DNA of 64,000 nucleotides from Callorhinchus milii (lineage: Eukaryota). The stretch is from contig NW_024704757.1 in the NCBI RefSeq assembly GCF_018977255.1, positions 6,262,001-6,326,000 of the forward strand. The letters are read 5' to 3'. Of the stretch, positions 49,096 through 62,295 are shown piece after piece (within the stretch, counting starts at the first letter, position 1; each line of letters begins with the position of its first letter). A program made the position numbers and the translations under genes. The notes under the pieces were generated by a model. The model saw only the letters and a program-made list of their open reading frames with translations, was not told the DNA's origin and did not search any database.

Positions 49096-52091
49096 CTGCG
49101 AAAGGAAACAAAGAGATGATGTGACTTTTCTTTGTTGTGCATGAGCTTGTTAATTGAAGAAATGATGAAACTCGCCAACAGACAAAAGGACTGTCAGAGT
49201 TTTGTGTGTATGTCAAGGAGAACAATGATGTGCTCAGGAATACAAGTCTTCCACATTAGACTATGTGCTCATAGAGAATGGAATTTAATAAGTGACAGAA
49301 GCGGCATATCACACCCTTTGCTGCTGCCACATGGGGGTCTGGAGTCATGTTACTTGTGACGTTCAGAGCTTAAAATATGTAAGCTCAGGACATTGGGATG
49401 TCGGGACTGCTCAATTTGGGGGACTTTTTGATTAGCGACTATCAATTTTTTTGTTCTGTGGGTGAATGTTTGTATGGTGAAGCAAGGGATGCCTAGGCTA
49501 AGGTCTGGAACAATTTTACATTGCTTTGCACATAACTTGGCATATAACACATTCAATCCTCATCTACAGGTAAGGTTCCGATCACCGTGCCTAGAACAGC
49601 GCCTTAAGGTCAATTTCAGAAGTTCACAGTACTATGGCAGTATGACATTTCTTACGTCCCTGCATGAGACTGGCAAAGCCTCTGGACTGTAGAGTCATGG
49701 TGAGTGGTAACAAATTGAAGATGACCCCTGAATTATTTCACATAAAATCCTTTTAAAAAAAGAATGATTTTCATTCTCATCTCATCTCCAATTAAAGATG
49801 TTCGGATACTCTCGGAACGCAGGCTCAGTCCAATTATCCCTCTCCTCCCCAAGACCCATCACGTTGGACACATTGGTCCTCGTGCATACAACACCAGCCT
49901 CCAGTACCTACAGCTATGCCACCAGATGGATGCTCCACAAATACCATTCAAACCAAACGTGTGAGCCAATGTAAGGAAACAACAGCTAGTGCTTTAGAAC
50001 AGCTAGCACTGTGTATAAAACACAGCACACACCCGTGTGTGCCAGTAACTGCTCTCTATTTCAGTAAATAACTTACTGTAACAACAAATTTAATTGAACC
50101 TTTAACTGACAAACTTCTCTGTGCATTCTGTGCTTTTAAGCAAGGCTTCGTTATTCAGTTAGATTCAAACCTTTCATTTTCAAAGTATAATTTATAAACT
50201 TGCGCCAATTGCATTTTATTTTAAAGCTGAATAAAAATAGCCAGTCCAGTGCAAAGAGTTCTCTGCTGCTTCAATGCGATGTTCCATTTGCAGGGGTCCA
50301 ATTTCTAGTTAAGTAAAAAGCATCTTACATCCACAGGGTTCCCCTGTGCTTTCTGTAATCTGGTGAACAAAATTACTTTGTGCAGCTTTTATGTTCTCTA
50401 AAAGGTTGGAACCTAAATAGCTTTTTTTTAACCAAAATGTGAATCATGAAAAAGAGAGGAATTTATACAATTCTATAATCCTGTGTACATTCACCATCCT
50501 CCTGTCTAATCACATGATTACACATGCAAAAATAATAATAATAGTCCAGACATTTCATACAGAGTCTATAATATCAGAACGACTCAAAGCACTCCACAGA
50601 TAATTGCTGTCAAGTGTGATGCCTGTTCATTTGTAAGCAAAAGTATGTGTGGTTTTAGCTGTAGACGATTTGGCTCGAAATTCAGTACCAAGACACTGAT
50701 ACCAAGACATTGATATAGGAGGAATATTATAGTTGAAAAAAATTGTCAAAAGTTAAATAATCCACTGGGACAAAGTAATAATGCCTCACAGAAAAGCTTG
50801 CTGAATTGGGGGAAGAGTTCTATCTAAAGGATTTGAGACTGTGTAGTACCATATTGCAGTTTGATTTTCTCTCTATGAACAGATACTCAAAACAGTTTCA
50901 ATGAACTGAATGCAGATGGTGCCATCTAGTTCCCGCTCACAAATGTTGCCAGTTAGAAATTGTCTGTGTTTTTCAGTCAGGCAGCTGTGCTTATTGGAGA
51001 CGTGAAAAGGGACCAAAATGTATTGAAAAATCTACAACATTTCTATCAGGGATTATAATAGCACACTGCAAATTTTTTTAAAATTGCTGGAATAGAGAGC
51101 TTGGATAGTTAGTGCTTTCAGTATCAAATGCCTTTTGTATCAGAACACGATCATTTGTAACGATGAACATAAATGTCTGAAATCAGCCAAAGTCAATTTG
51201 AAATCAGATCCATTAAAGTCATTATTTATAGATGACAAAAAGCTGTCATCGCAATCATTCACACGGAAACAGGGAAAAAATTTACAGTCACCATCAGTAG
51301 CTGTGAAAACGCTCAATACTCTTTCACGTGGGAAGATAGAAACAGCTTCAACAGAAACAACCACTGCTCAGGGTTCAGTCTATGTCAAACTATCTGCATG
51401 TTGCTCTTACGGTTTAAGAAGACATCTAAAGTCACATGACTTCTTAGCTCTGTGGTACATTCCCAGTTATATCTCATCCTATGTGCTGTAAGGATATAAA
51501 ATGCGTGCCTTAATGCTGTATTAGTCACTCCTCGAGTTTGCTTGTTCCAGTACCTCAGCAGCAAGTCCAAAGCCTGCGAGTGTAGTCTTTGCGGTAAGAC
51601 TATTGTACAGACCACTTTATATCAAGTGCCAGCCATCCAGGTATTTTAGGGTTGTCTGTCATGGTTGGTGTTGGTACCATTTCAGGCACAATGTGGCCAG
51701 AGATATTGTTTTCTAAAGAGGAGCTCAAGCAAAACATGAACCAGAAACACTGCCTAATCCTTGCTCCCAGTTATATCCAGGTTTCAATCTAAGATTTACA
51801 GGAAATATTTGCTCGAAACCGGAGGATGTCTTTCATCAACTTCAATTGGCAAGCTCTAATTCACAGGAAATTAACAAACCTATGTATATGGTCTTACACA
51901 AGTCTGAAATTTAATTTGCATTTTTTATGTAAATTAATAACCATCACATAGGATGCAGGGACATATTGTAGTAGGCATTCCCCAGGCTTTGTGCAGAAAT
52001 ACAAAGTCACAAGCAGATTAATAAGACAATAAGTCAGTGCATGGCATCTTTAAAAATCTAAACAACATTATATGTCATTTGGGGAGTGCAG

Positions 52092-52192
52092 ATAATAATA
52101 ATAATAATCCTTGCATTTGATATAGCGCCTTATCACGTCTTCGAGAAGTATCAAAGCGTTTCACAGAATATACTGTAAAGTATTTGTGGGCG
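52092..52192 (-). mobile_element. SINE tail
   Basis: (ata)n atccttgcatttgatatagcgccttatcacgtcttcgag. Confidence 0.82.
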
Positions 52193-52694
52193 TGATGCCA
52201 TTGATATGCATCCCTGTCTGTATTCAGCAGAGAGGAAAATTAAAGTGCTCCTGAAACCTTTAACACCAGGTGATCGGAAGTTAGTGCTCCAGTGAAATCA
52301 GTGCCATCCATTTCATACTAATGCTATTTTTTCGGAGAATTGCTGGCAAAATCAAGCTATGAAACGTGCAGCAGAAACTCAGCATTCGATCACTAATACC
52401 AAGATATAATTGTTCAAATACCATTCAAATTTCAACCTATTTCTCCCTTTCTGTTGCTGTAATACTGAACCAAATTTAGTACACCCGTGGGTGAGAGATT
52501 ACAATAGATGTGCACAATCTCTCTGACTCTCAGATTATTCTACCTAAATAATTCTCCAGAAGCAGAATCCTAAACAGTTCTAAGAACAGCTGCTGTCCTT
52601 TTCCTACCAAATCCAAAGTGAAGGTAGTCTTATATTGAGGTGTCTCTAGACCCCTTTTAACCAATAAATTGGAGCTATTTTTACTGGAACAATA

Positions 52695-53040
52695 AAAGAT
52701 ACGAGGGAATTTAATAGAGGCCTTCAAAATTCTGAAGGATTTTGAAAGGAGAGTGAAAGATTATTCCCAATGGCAAGTGAATCGATTATAAGGTGGCATA
52801 AGATGTCACTGGAAACATTTTTGAGCAGAGTACAGTTAGAACACGGACTGCTTGCCCACAGCAAGGCACAGAGACAGCGAATACAACACTTAAGGGGAGA
52901 CCAATAAGCATTTCAAGATGACCAGTATAAAAGGCTAGGGAAAGGGAGTCAGGAATCAGGATTCAAGTATTTAGTTCCAATAGGTTGGCGAGCACCAGGA
53001 GAGGCCTTCTTGTCTGCTGCAATTTCTATGATTCTATGAT
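52695..53040 (+). mobile_element. Degenerate CR1 3' fragment
   Basis: cgagggaatttaatagaggccttcaaaattctgaagga reads RGNLIEAFKILKG-like, with a terminal ttctatgattctatga repeat. Confidence 0.7.
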
Positions 53041-54859
53041 CAGTCAGAATTCTATGATCAGTCATCTCTCATCCCTCTCATGGTCTACTTTAAAGACTGA
53101 TTTACCAGACTATTTGGGGGGCTATTCTAGGTCCGAAGCCTGCCTGAACAGAAAAACGATGCATCAATCTCCTTCACTGGAGAATGTAAGAAATTAATGG
53201 ACCCTTGAACCAGGCGAGGCACCTCCTTCCAAAAATGATGTAAACGAAAACTCAGAACCACTGAGCACCTGCTACAGACGCGAGGCATGAATTATGCACA
53301 AAGTCTCTGCAGCAAACAGCAGCTCTCCACCTCCAGCCAACAATATTACTGTCAGTCTTCCGACCTAACTCTATTCAGGGTTTTTAATCAGAAAGGGGAA
53401 ATTAAATTTGAGTCTCACCCGGACCCTAAAACAGAAATTTATCTCTCTCCTTCCTCCCAATATCCAGACAACTTTCGATTATAAGCAGAAGCCTTGGGTG
53501 CTGCAGGGAAGACTAATATAGCATTCATCACCAGTGCTGCGATGCTAGGCTTCAGAAAGGCTCCCCATACCTTAAGTGACAATAAAAGATGAATAGGATG
53601 TAGTGTGGATGCCCTATTGGACACCATACACCACAAGGCATACTGTCTGGCCAGGAATACACACACCCCATTACATTTCCCTCCTTCTGGAAAAAAACAA
53701 TTATCTGCCTCAAATTTAATTCAATTTACTTTCACAATCTCCCAAAATATATACATTCATTTCCCCTCAGCTACTGAAATAAGACTTTGCAGCTTGAACA
53801 GAAGATCAAACACAGATATAGTAGTCTCTCTCAATCAGGTGCAACTAGCCATGGAAGATCAGTGCAGATGAACTCAAAGGCAAGTCTTCATTCTGCAATA
53901 TTAATTTCATACTTTGCCAAAGTCTCAGTTTCCCCAGGTACTATGTAAAATTAGACCGCCAGCAGAATCAGACAATATACTTATAACACTATAATAATCT
54001 CAAGGGTTATTATTATCTCTATACCGCCTCCAGCAGCAAGCATTCACCTACAGCTCTCTAACTGTTTGGGCATTGGATCACTAACATTAAATCGGGTTAG
54101 TAAATGGCTTATTTTGCTGGAGCAAATATCTAAATGTCTTCTTAGATACCAGAAAAGTCTAACTTACGGGCCCTGAAAAAATGGGATTCAAACACCCATC
54201 TGAAAGAAGTAACAGAGCCAGAGTGCCTGCAGAACCAAGATCTGTTTGAGCCAAACTGAATTGGAGAATCTTTCAAATGCAGTCGTGCGTTTAAGAACCA
54301 GAATAAGAGCAGCACCGAGTCTTTTGAAAGCTAGAGAGAGCTTAAAAGAGAATACAAAATAAAGTTTCAGTCAGAAAAAGTTTACTTCAAAATGTCATGT
54401 TGCGCACAAAATATTACAACATAAGATTTCTACTCATGTTTCAAAGACAAAACTATTTTACTAATATAGTTTCAGCAAAGCATTTAAAGAAAATTATTAT
54501 AATTTAGTAGCTCAGAATTTATTTTGTCTTTAGACCAATTGAATTATGTTTGCAATCAAACATAAGATTGAATGTAAGAGGCGGATTAGGTAGTCCATAT
54601 AGTTAATAAACTGCTGACAATTGACCAAGTCCCATAGAGTGTTTCAATACTATGCCCTTATTTGCTGGGAATGGAAGGGACTCTGAAATTCACTGAGTCC
54701 TGTCAAAGACTTTCAGATTCCTCTTATCTGCAGTTTTGTTATCAAACACAAAGTAGATGCTCAACACTTAATGCAAAGCAACAATATTCTCTTTCAACAC
54801 ATTCTATTGGAGAATCAAAATCAAATCTCTTTTGAAATATTCTATGCTCATTTATAATC

Positions 54860-55237
54860 CAAACGCGGCAGCCAATTGGGTACGGTAGTGTCCCACAAAC
54901 AGTCGTGGATTGAGTGACCGTATTATTATTATTACTAACATTTTCTTAAAGGGATTGTTACCTCTGGAAAGCAATCTGCCAATCGACTAACAACTGGGTT
55001 CCTACTTACTACTAGGTAAACAAAGGGTGATCAAAATGACAGGTGTCAGGACACTGGACGCATTTAAGAAACAGCTATAATGGGCAGATAGGGTAGGAAT
55101 TAATAATTATAATATTATTTGAAATTTGAAATTATCACGTCTTCAAGACGTCTCAAAGTGCTTCACAGAATATAACGGAAAGTGAATTTTCCTGTATATT
55201 TTCTGGGCGAAACGTGGCAGCTAATTATGCACAGCAA
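54860..55237 (-). mobile_element. Cluster of two SINE fragments (mid-body 54860-55025, tail about 55100-55237)
   Basis: Matches to the long-linker SINE body and tail. The fragment order implies two insertions. Confidence 0.7.
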
Positions 55238-55915
55238 TTCTAGAAGGATAAGAACAAATGGGTCAAAGAGACCTTTTTCATCTGAACTTCTCATGAGCTT
55301 GATTGCAACAGCTCATATTTTCATGTTCTCAGATTCAAACGTGTGCAAAAGAGGCCTGTGAAAGTAAACACATTCTCGGGACATTAAAATCAACAACCTC
55401 AACCCACCAATGCAATCAATGGAATCACTGTTTTGCAAATTGAATACAGGAGATCCCAAAAGGAGGTGAGACCTCAACAGATCTCTAAATCCACCTCTAA
55501 AGGAGTCAAAAAAGAAACAGAAATTATAAGGTTCAGCTTTGTATTATCTACAGAATGTGGTGTTTAATTAAGCAATGAACGTAGGATTCCCTGAGCATAT
55601 AAGGCAATAAGCAACTCCAGCATATTGCACCAACATAGGGCCATCAGCTGAGAGAAGCAAAATTGCTGGAGCAGGTGCAAGATCCATGCAGCTGCATAGT
55701 TTGTCTGTCCCCTTCCCTGAACCCTGGGGTAACTCACAGCGGATGGACCAACATTAAAACCAAACTTCTACTTCGTATTTTTACTCACTGTGCCAGGAAT
55801 GGCCAGATGCAAATTGAACAACGTGCATCAGAATATTCTTAATAGGAATACAGCATATTTTGATTTGACTGAAAATTTTAAAATTGACACGGTAATTGAG
55901 CAAATTAATTTTTGA

Positions 55916-55984
55916 TGGTCAGCCGGGTGTCTGACATGTGGAAACCCATCACCCTGCCTAAGAGTATCCAAAGCAGACTGAGAG
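55916..55984. repeat. Third, inverted copy of the unclassified repeat
   Basis: tggtcagcc...tgacatgtggaaacccatcac...taagagtatccaaagcagactgaga is the reverse complement of the 26775-26842 motif. Confidence 0.72.
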
Positions 55985-58355
55985 ATAGCCTCGCATTTAA
56001 GTTTGAGTCAAATGCATCAAAATTCACTTTCAAAGCAAACCGACTACTACAGGAGTCGAGCTCCAACCATCTCAACATTCCTCTTAATTAAAGGGGCAAA
56101 TGTGCCGTATTAGTCAAAGGGATAGGGAACAATCACTTCTTCTAACTTATTTCCATCTGTTCGAGACAGAAGGCTGGATTCGTTCATTGAGTATTCTGAC
56201 TTCTATAACACAACCATAAACTGAAATAGGTACAAAGGTCACTGGAAAAAACAGGCATCACAGCCTTATCAGAACAGTCGCCAAAGCGAATTTGAGCAGG
56301 ATACAGTGGCTTTCCGCTTGCTGTGAATTTAAAAGAAATTGGATTTTTTTTATATAAAAGTACCATGTAGGTCAGCTACCGGCTTTTATACCACACTGAC
56401 AGATTAATTCTATTCAACTTGGTGTGCCAGAAAACCTCCGTCAACGGCCGAGAATTTCAGAAGCAGAGTGAATTTAGTTAACCCTCTGTTCTCTTGACAA
56501 AATGAAGTTAACAGATCTCTGTGTTTCTCAGTGAGGACAAAGAGTTAAGCATCTCACTGAAAGGCATAATTGGAAATTTCCTTCTCATCTTACACTGATG
56601 ATCAGTTTATTAAAAAAGCATCTTATTGTAATTTCAGAATAAAAGAAACTATCAGGTCATTCCCACCTATGGCTTTTGTGCAGATGAGCAGTTTTTTCTA
56701 ATATTCCCACTTTCATTAACTTTGTATTATGCAAGTTCACTAGAACTGTAATTCATATTGCAACTACTCACAAATTAACTTCACTTGAAGAAGACAAACA
56801 CATTTGGGTTCACTTGATCTCATTCTTCCAGAAACACCTTCTCTACCATCATCCCACCGCACCATCAAGTTGTTTCTTAAATGATACAGCATCCTGGCCT
56901 CTACCAGTTAACCCTGTTCCAGCTGCTAACCACAAACACTGTCTGAAGGGAGAACCTACACTACATTGCTGTCACTTCTCAGCATTTAGCAGCACGCAAT
57001 CCTGGCTACCAACCTGCACTGTGTAGGAGACACCCATTAAGAGAAAAGGCAGATTACCTGTCAATTCTTCCCGCCTCCAATAATTTAGTTTAAGATTGTT
57101 TCACGTTTCACACACCCCTCATTTTCCCCAATTTCCCTCTCTCTGGGTGAGCTATATGTCTGCAGAGTCTTTCAGCTGTGAGATTCAGGGACAAAACGGC
57201 CAATATCTAAACCTAGTTCCCAGAAGGTTCAATGCTCTACCACTGTAAAGCACTGAACCAAGGAACTGACAGACTTCAATGCAAATGTGCCTATTACCTT
57301 CACCCATCAAGCAGGCTCAGACCTAGCCATCTCTACAATTTTCAAGTTAGCATTTTTTTAAAAAAATAGACACAAACTTTTTAACTTTCCTTACACTCAA
57401 TTGGAAGGAACTGAATAGTTATTTGGCAAAGAAATGAAATAATTAGGTGGATGAGAGATGAGGGGAACGTTTTTTCTGTTGTTTATTTTGGAACTTTAAC
57501 TATTGCGATGGTGTTTCTGATCCAGTACATTGACATATTCCTATGTGCAGCAGAGTCCTGCACATTTTAAATTTTCAAGTCTGGAATTAAAATTCCAGTC
57601 GCAATATAAAAACAAATATTTTCTTCCAACATTCACCAAAAATCATAAATCTTGGTCCTGATCCCAGTAGCTTTCAGCGTTCTGCTAAACAGCTTTACTT
57701 AATTCAATTCTGCCTGCTTGAAGATGGCCACAACCATTTGTGGAGAAAATTATATCATTCAAGAGCAGCAGGAGTTAGTGCAGTAATGCAATAAAGCTCA
57801 ACAGAGTTGCAAACTAAAGACATATGTGGCCCAGAAGAACTCAGTGGTGTCAATGGATTCAGGAGGCTATAACAGTTGGGGGTGTTTTCAGCCAGTGCAA
57901 TAACTGTTTGAAAACAGTCATTACACCAGATTAAACAAGCAGGGAGGGAATTACACAGCAACAAAATTCAGGAATTCATCTCAAAGCATGAACTGTGAGA
58001 ATAAATCTCAAGTAATTTACAGTCAGTACCTGAACCATTGTTTTTTGGGTTTGACTCATTGTTATTATTTTACAATATGTATATTTCTGGTTTCTATTTA
58101 CAGAATTATAAAGTGACTAGAGTGAAGTCTTAAGTAACTGCAGAATTTGGTTCACATCACATATTATTTTTTATAGATTGGAGGCACCTGGCTACTCAAA
58201 CCCTTACTTATGTTACATTATAGTCTTGGGAATGAACAGATGTTCAAGAGGGAATTGCAGATGTCTAAATCCATTCTGGATCATATAGTCTTTAGCAGTA
58301 TAATCCCCAATCATCTCCAATTTATCACGATAATAAAGCAGCTATTGTTCCCCTT

Positions 58356-58520
58356 ATAATAATAATAATCCTTGCATTTGATATAATGCCTTATCATAAC
58401 TTCAAGACGTCTCAAAGCACTTCACAAAATATATTGTGAAAATATAAAATAGATTGACTCTATTTTGTGGGCAAAACGCAGCAGCCAATTGCATACAGCA
58501 GCATCCCACAAAGAGTTGTG
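58356..58520 (-). mobile_element. SINE 3' half
   Basis: (ata)n atccttgcatttgatataatgccttatc...gcagccaattg. Confidence 0.82.
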
Positions 58521-58528
58521 TATTATAA

Positions 58529-60150
58529 AAACATAAGAAATGCTAGACAAAAAAAAGACCAAGGTCCATCGAGTTCGCCTTCCACCTTCCTAGCGGTTGC
58601 ATGCACATATGTCCCGAACTACCCATAATGTAAACTACCCATGCTATATCCCATAATGTTATTTCCTAAAAGAAAACTATCTAACCTGTGTTCAAAGGAA
58701 TCAACACTTCCTGCTTCAACCATCTCCCTAGGGAGCCTGTTATAATAATAATAATAATCCTTGCATTTGATATAGCGCTTTTCACGTCGGGAGGACGTCC
58801 CAAAGCGCTTCACAGAACACACTGTAAAGTGAATTGACTGTATATTTGTGGGCGAACGCGGCAGCCAATTGCGCACAGCAATGTCCCACAAACAGTCGTA
58901 GATTGAAAATGACCAATTTAATTATTGTTTTTAGTTTTGGAGGGATTATTATTAGGCTCTGTGTGGAGTAAGGAAACTTGCCCAAGGTTTCGCCCTCTGC
59001 CTGGAATTGAACTCAGGTCTCTCACTTGCAAAGCGAGTGCTCTAACCACTGAGCTACAGGACTCCACCTGTTCCACAGGTTCACTGTTCATTCACTGAAA
59101 CAGTGTTTGAGTATATTTGTTCTAAATTTACCCCAGTCCAATCGCAGGGTGTGTCCTCTGGTTTTACTATTCTGGTCCAGTTGGTGCAGCCTGTCATGAC
59201 TTACATTGTCTTGCCCCTTTAGAATCTTAAAGACAGTAATCACATTGCCTCTCAATCTTCTCTTTTCCAGCGTGAACAAGCCCAATATACTTACCCGCTC
59301 CTCATAGTCCAGTCCCTCCATCTCCTCAATCATTCTGGTTGCCCTCCTCTGTATCCTTTCGAACCAGAATTGAACACAGTACTCTAAGTATGGTCTCACC
59401 AATGATTTATACAGTGGCAGGATTACACCACTATTTTGGCTTGCTAATGATATTTTGATACATCCTAACATCTGGTTTGCTTTACTCACTGCCACAGAGC
59501 ATTGCAGGAGCTTCAATTTGTTGTCAATCAGGAACCCCAGGTCCTTTTCATTTTTCAAATTATTTTCCTTCGGTTCAAATAATAGTCCCTTCCTGGATTT
59601 TTTTTGCCCCCATGTGAAGCACTTTACATTTCTCTATGTTATATTTCATATTCCACCAGTCTGCCCAATTCATAAGTACGTTCAAATCCTCCTGTAACTT
59701 ATCTTGTTCAGCTTTGCAATCTTCCACCTTCATTAGTTTGGTGTCATCGGCAGACTTAGCTATTATGTTTGCTACTCCTAGTTCCAGATAATTTATAAAA
59801 ATATTAAACAAAAGAGGTCCCAAAACAGACCCTTGTAGAACTCCACTGGTAACAATTTCCCAGTCTGATGACATTCCCTGTACCACCACCTTCTGGGTTC
59901 CTCTGGTCAACCAACTTTGTATCCATTGGAATATACCTCCACTGATTCCCGCTTTCTTTACTTTCAGTACCAGCCTCTCCAGAGGAACTGTATCAAAGTC
60001 CTCACTGAAATCCAGATATACAATATCCACAGCCTTACTTTATCAAGCTCCCTAGTCACACAATCAAAGAAAACCAGTAAATTAGACTGGCAAGACCTCC
60101 CCTTCATTAACCCATATTGGCTATCATTTATTTCTACTTATGAAAAATAG
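58529..60150 (-). mobile_element. 5'-truncated CR1 LINE with frameshifted reverse transcriptase, interrupted by a SINE
   Basis: ORF 59575..60030 has DIVYLDFS..FDTVP, SGVLQGSVLGPLLFNIFIN and SADDTKL. ORF 59088..59558 has EKDLG, LYKSLVRPYLEYCVQFW and LGLFTLEKRRLRG. The 3' end reads ttcttatgttt. Confidence 0.95.
58742..59067 (-). mobile_element. Full-length very young SINE with CCTGTT target-site duplication
   Basis: Intact A/B boxes, CpG-rich body, cctgtt at 58736-58741 and 59067-59072. Confidence 0.95.
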
Positions 60151-60887
60151 GTCAGTATCCAGAGTGACTCTACATGAGACAACAAGAGGTAATGAAGGAC
60201 ATGGATAATGAAGGACAATCGGCACATATCACCACATGAGCAGCAGTATAATGCCTGCAGGAAATCTTCAGGTACAAAATTACAGGGCAAGGAAATATCT
60301 GAAAATTACAGAGGAAATAAATGACCCAATGTCTGTGGAAAACTCCCAGCTCAGTTGAAAAACCTGAATAACTAACCTGCCTCTGTTTCAGAAGTCTATT
60401 AACCTGATATCCACTTCGTGCATTTGATGGGATTCATTTTAGATTTACACCTCTCTTGCAAGATGGAGGTGAAGAAGTTGAGGAATGGGAGGTTGGGGTG
60501 AGGACAAAGAGAACGGCTCCAATTGAAAGGGATACTGACCCTGAGAGAGAAACCATTCCTTAAAAGACTGCAGGAGGTCAACTGAAAACAAGCTTAGCGT
60601 AAAGTCCATTATAAGACAATTTGCCATCTATTCTTTTGAGAGACTGTGAACAAAATAAAATGTGATACATTCAACTCAAGAGCTTTACAATTTCAACAGG
60701 AACAATGCTAGACTGGCATGAGACTGACAATAGAGAGAGAGACAGAATATATAAATTGTGGCCCGGCTGAAAGGCACATTGCCCTTTTTAATTTAATGAC
60801 AAAATCTTACATTCCTTGACCAAAATAAAATGACAAGAGTATACAGATGGAAATCCTAGCATTGTCAAGCTTTCAGGAAGAGTGGTG

Positions 60888-61580
60888 TTCACTCTTATGA
60901 ATGTCGCCAGACTACGGCACTACCTCACCCCTCACGCTGCTGAAACTCTGGTCCACGCCTTTATCACCTCAAGGCTGGACTATGGGAACTCTCTCCTTGC
61001 CGGCCTTCCCGGCACCTCCCTCCACACTGCAGGTCATTCAGAACTCTGCAGCTCGTGTACTGTCCCGCACCAGGCTTCGGGAACACATCACTCCCACCCT
61101 CGCTCGCCTCCACTGGCTCCCCATCCCCCAGAGGATCGATATCAAGATCCTCATCCTCACCTACAAGGCCATTCACGGCCTTGCTCTCTCCTACCTCTCC
61201 GACCTATTATCCCCCTACCTACCTGCCCGTACCCTCCGTTCCTCTGGCTCCAGTCTGCTCCACATCCCCCACCCCAATCGCCCTACCATCGGTGGCCGGG
61301 CCTTCAGCCTCTCAACTCTGAGGCTCTGGAACTCTATCCCCCAGTGCCTTCGCCTTGCCTCCTCCCTTTCCTCCTTCAAGGCCGGTCTCAAGATCTTTCT
61401 CTTTGACTGTGCCTTCAGCTCCCCTCTCGACTCTCTACCCCCTCCTTGCCCCCTCCCTTCCCTCCCCTCACCCTGACCATTTCCCCCTTCCTCGGGTCCT
61501 GACCCAACTGTACAGCGCCTTGGGACGTCCTCCCGACGTGAAAGGCGCTCTATAAATGGAATCTTATTGTTGTTGTTGTT
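60888..61580 (+). mobile_element. Young 5'-truncated L2 LINE
   Basis: NVARLRHYL...ETLVHAFITSRLDYGNSLLAGLP, then a frameshift to LQVIQNSAARVL...EHITPTLARLHWLPI..RIDIKIL...GGRAFS...LWNSIP...SSFKAGLK, ending in a (TTG)n tail. Confidence 0.95.
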
Positions 61581-61692
61581 CAGGCTAGGGGAACCTCTAC
61601 AGAATAAAATTTGTTTCCAACTGATCCAATCCATGACTTTTCTGGTGATCTCTTCGGGCAAGGAAGCTGAACGCTTTACACTTCAGACAAGC

Positions 61693-61737
61693 AATTCTAG
61701 CTCTACCTCTACAAGCTGTAGAGGTAGAGCTAGAGTT
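61693..61737. repeat. Perfect inverted repeat, 18-bp arms with a 3-nt loop
   Basis: tctagctctacctctaca (61696-61713), agc, tgtagaggtagagctaga (61717-61734). Confidence 0.95.
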
Positions 61738-62295
61738 CCCAATGAAGTGGTGGGGTCACATTATAGTGACAATAGCTATGTTCACTGAAAACTGGAGTGA
61801 GGCTGAACTAAACTGTTTTGCAGTGGACTCTTCCAATACAACAATTTGTTCCATCGGTCAGACCATTGCAAACGACAACCATTCAACTGTGATCCCCTAG
61901 AAACCTTAGTATCCATTGCTTACTAAGAAACTTCAAAAGATTTCCTTATAACGTTCATTTTCTATTAATTCATCGGAGGCTCATAGCCATCATGAGAATG
62001 GAAACAAGTTCCATCAAATCTAGAGCTCAACAATTAGATCCTAATCCAACATTTGCAAGTCTCACAATGTATTTCAACTGATGCAAGTGTTTTCTAGCAG
62101 GTATAATGTGTAGATAATATAACACATAATGTATTGTTTTGAGGTGTAAGTTGATAATGCAAATTTGCTTGGATGAATGGTAGGGGCACAGCGAAGGATA
62201 AGTTCAGTTTCCCCGCAGCTGTCATACATTCCTGAGCCTTCATAACATTTTAAACTAATTTCATTTTAGTGTGAATACAATCGATAGCCAATACT

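Noticed and set aside
50686-50714. 14-bp tandem duplication taccaagacactga (also attctatgatcagtca twice at 53031-53064)
   Set aside because: Ordinary slippage or a CR1 tail duplication.
58990-59067. tRNA-Ala genes at SINE heads (also about 12200-12278, 34570-34642, 47876-47940)
   Set aside because: No acceptor stem, and each continues into a SINE body and tail.
1206-59067. Recurring ~30-bp words as a CRISPR-like array
   Set aside because: They are dispersed SINE and LINE tails on both strands with no regular spacing.
59088-60030. RT as a retron, DGR or other novel RT system
   Set aside because: The motifs are ordinary CR1 LINE ORF2, frameshifted and 5'-truncated, in a vertebrate intron.
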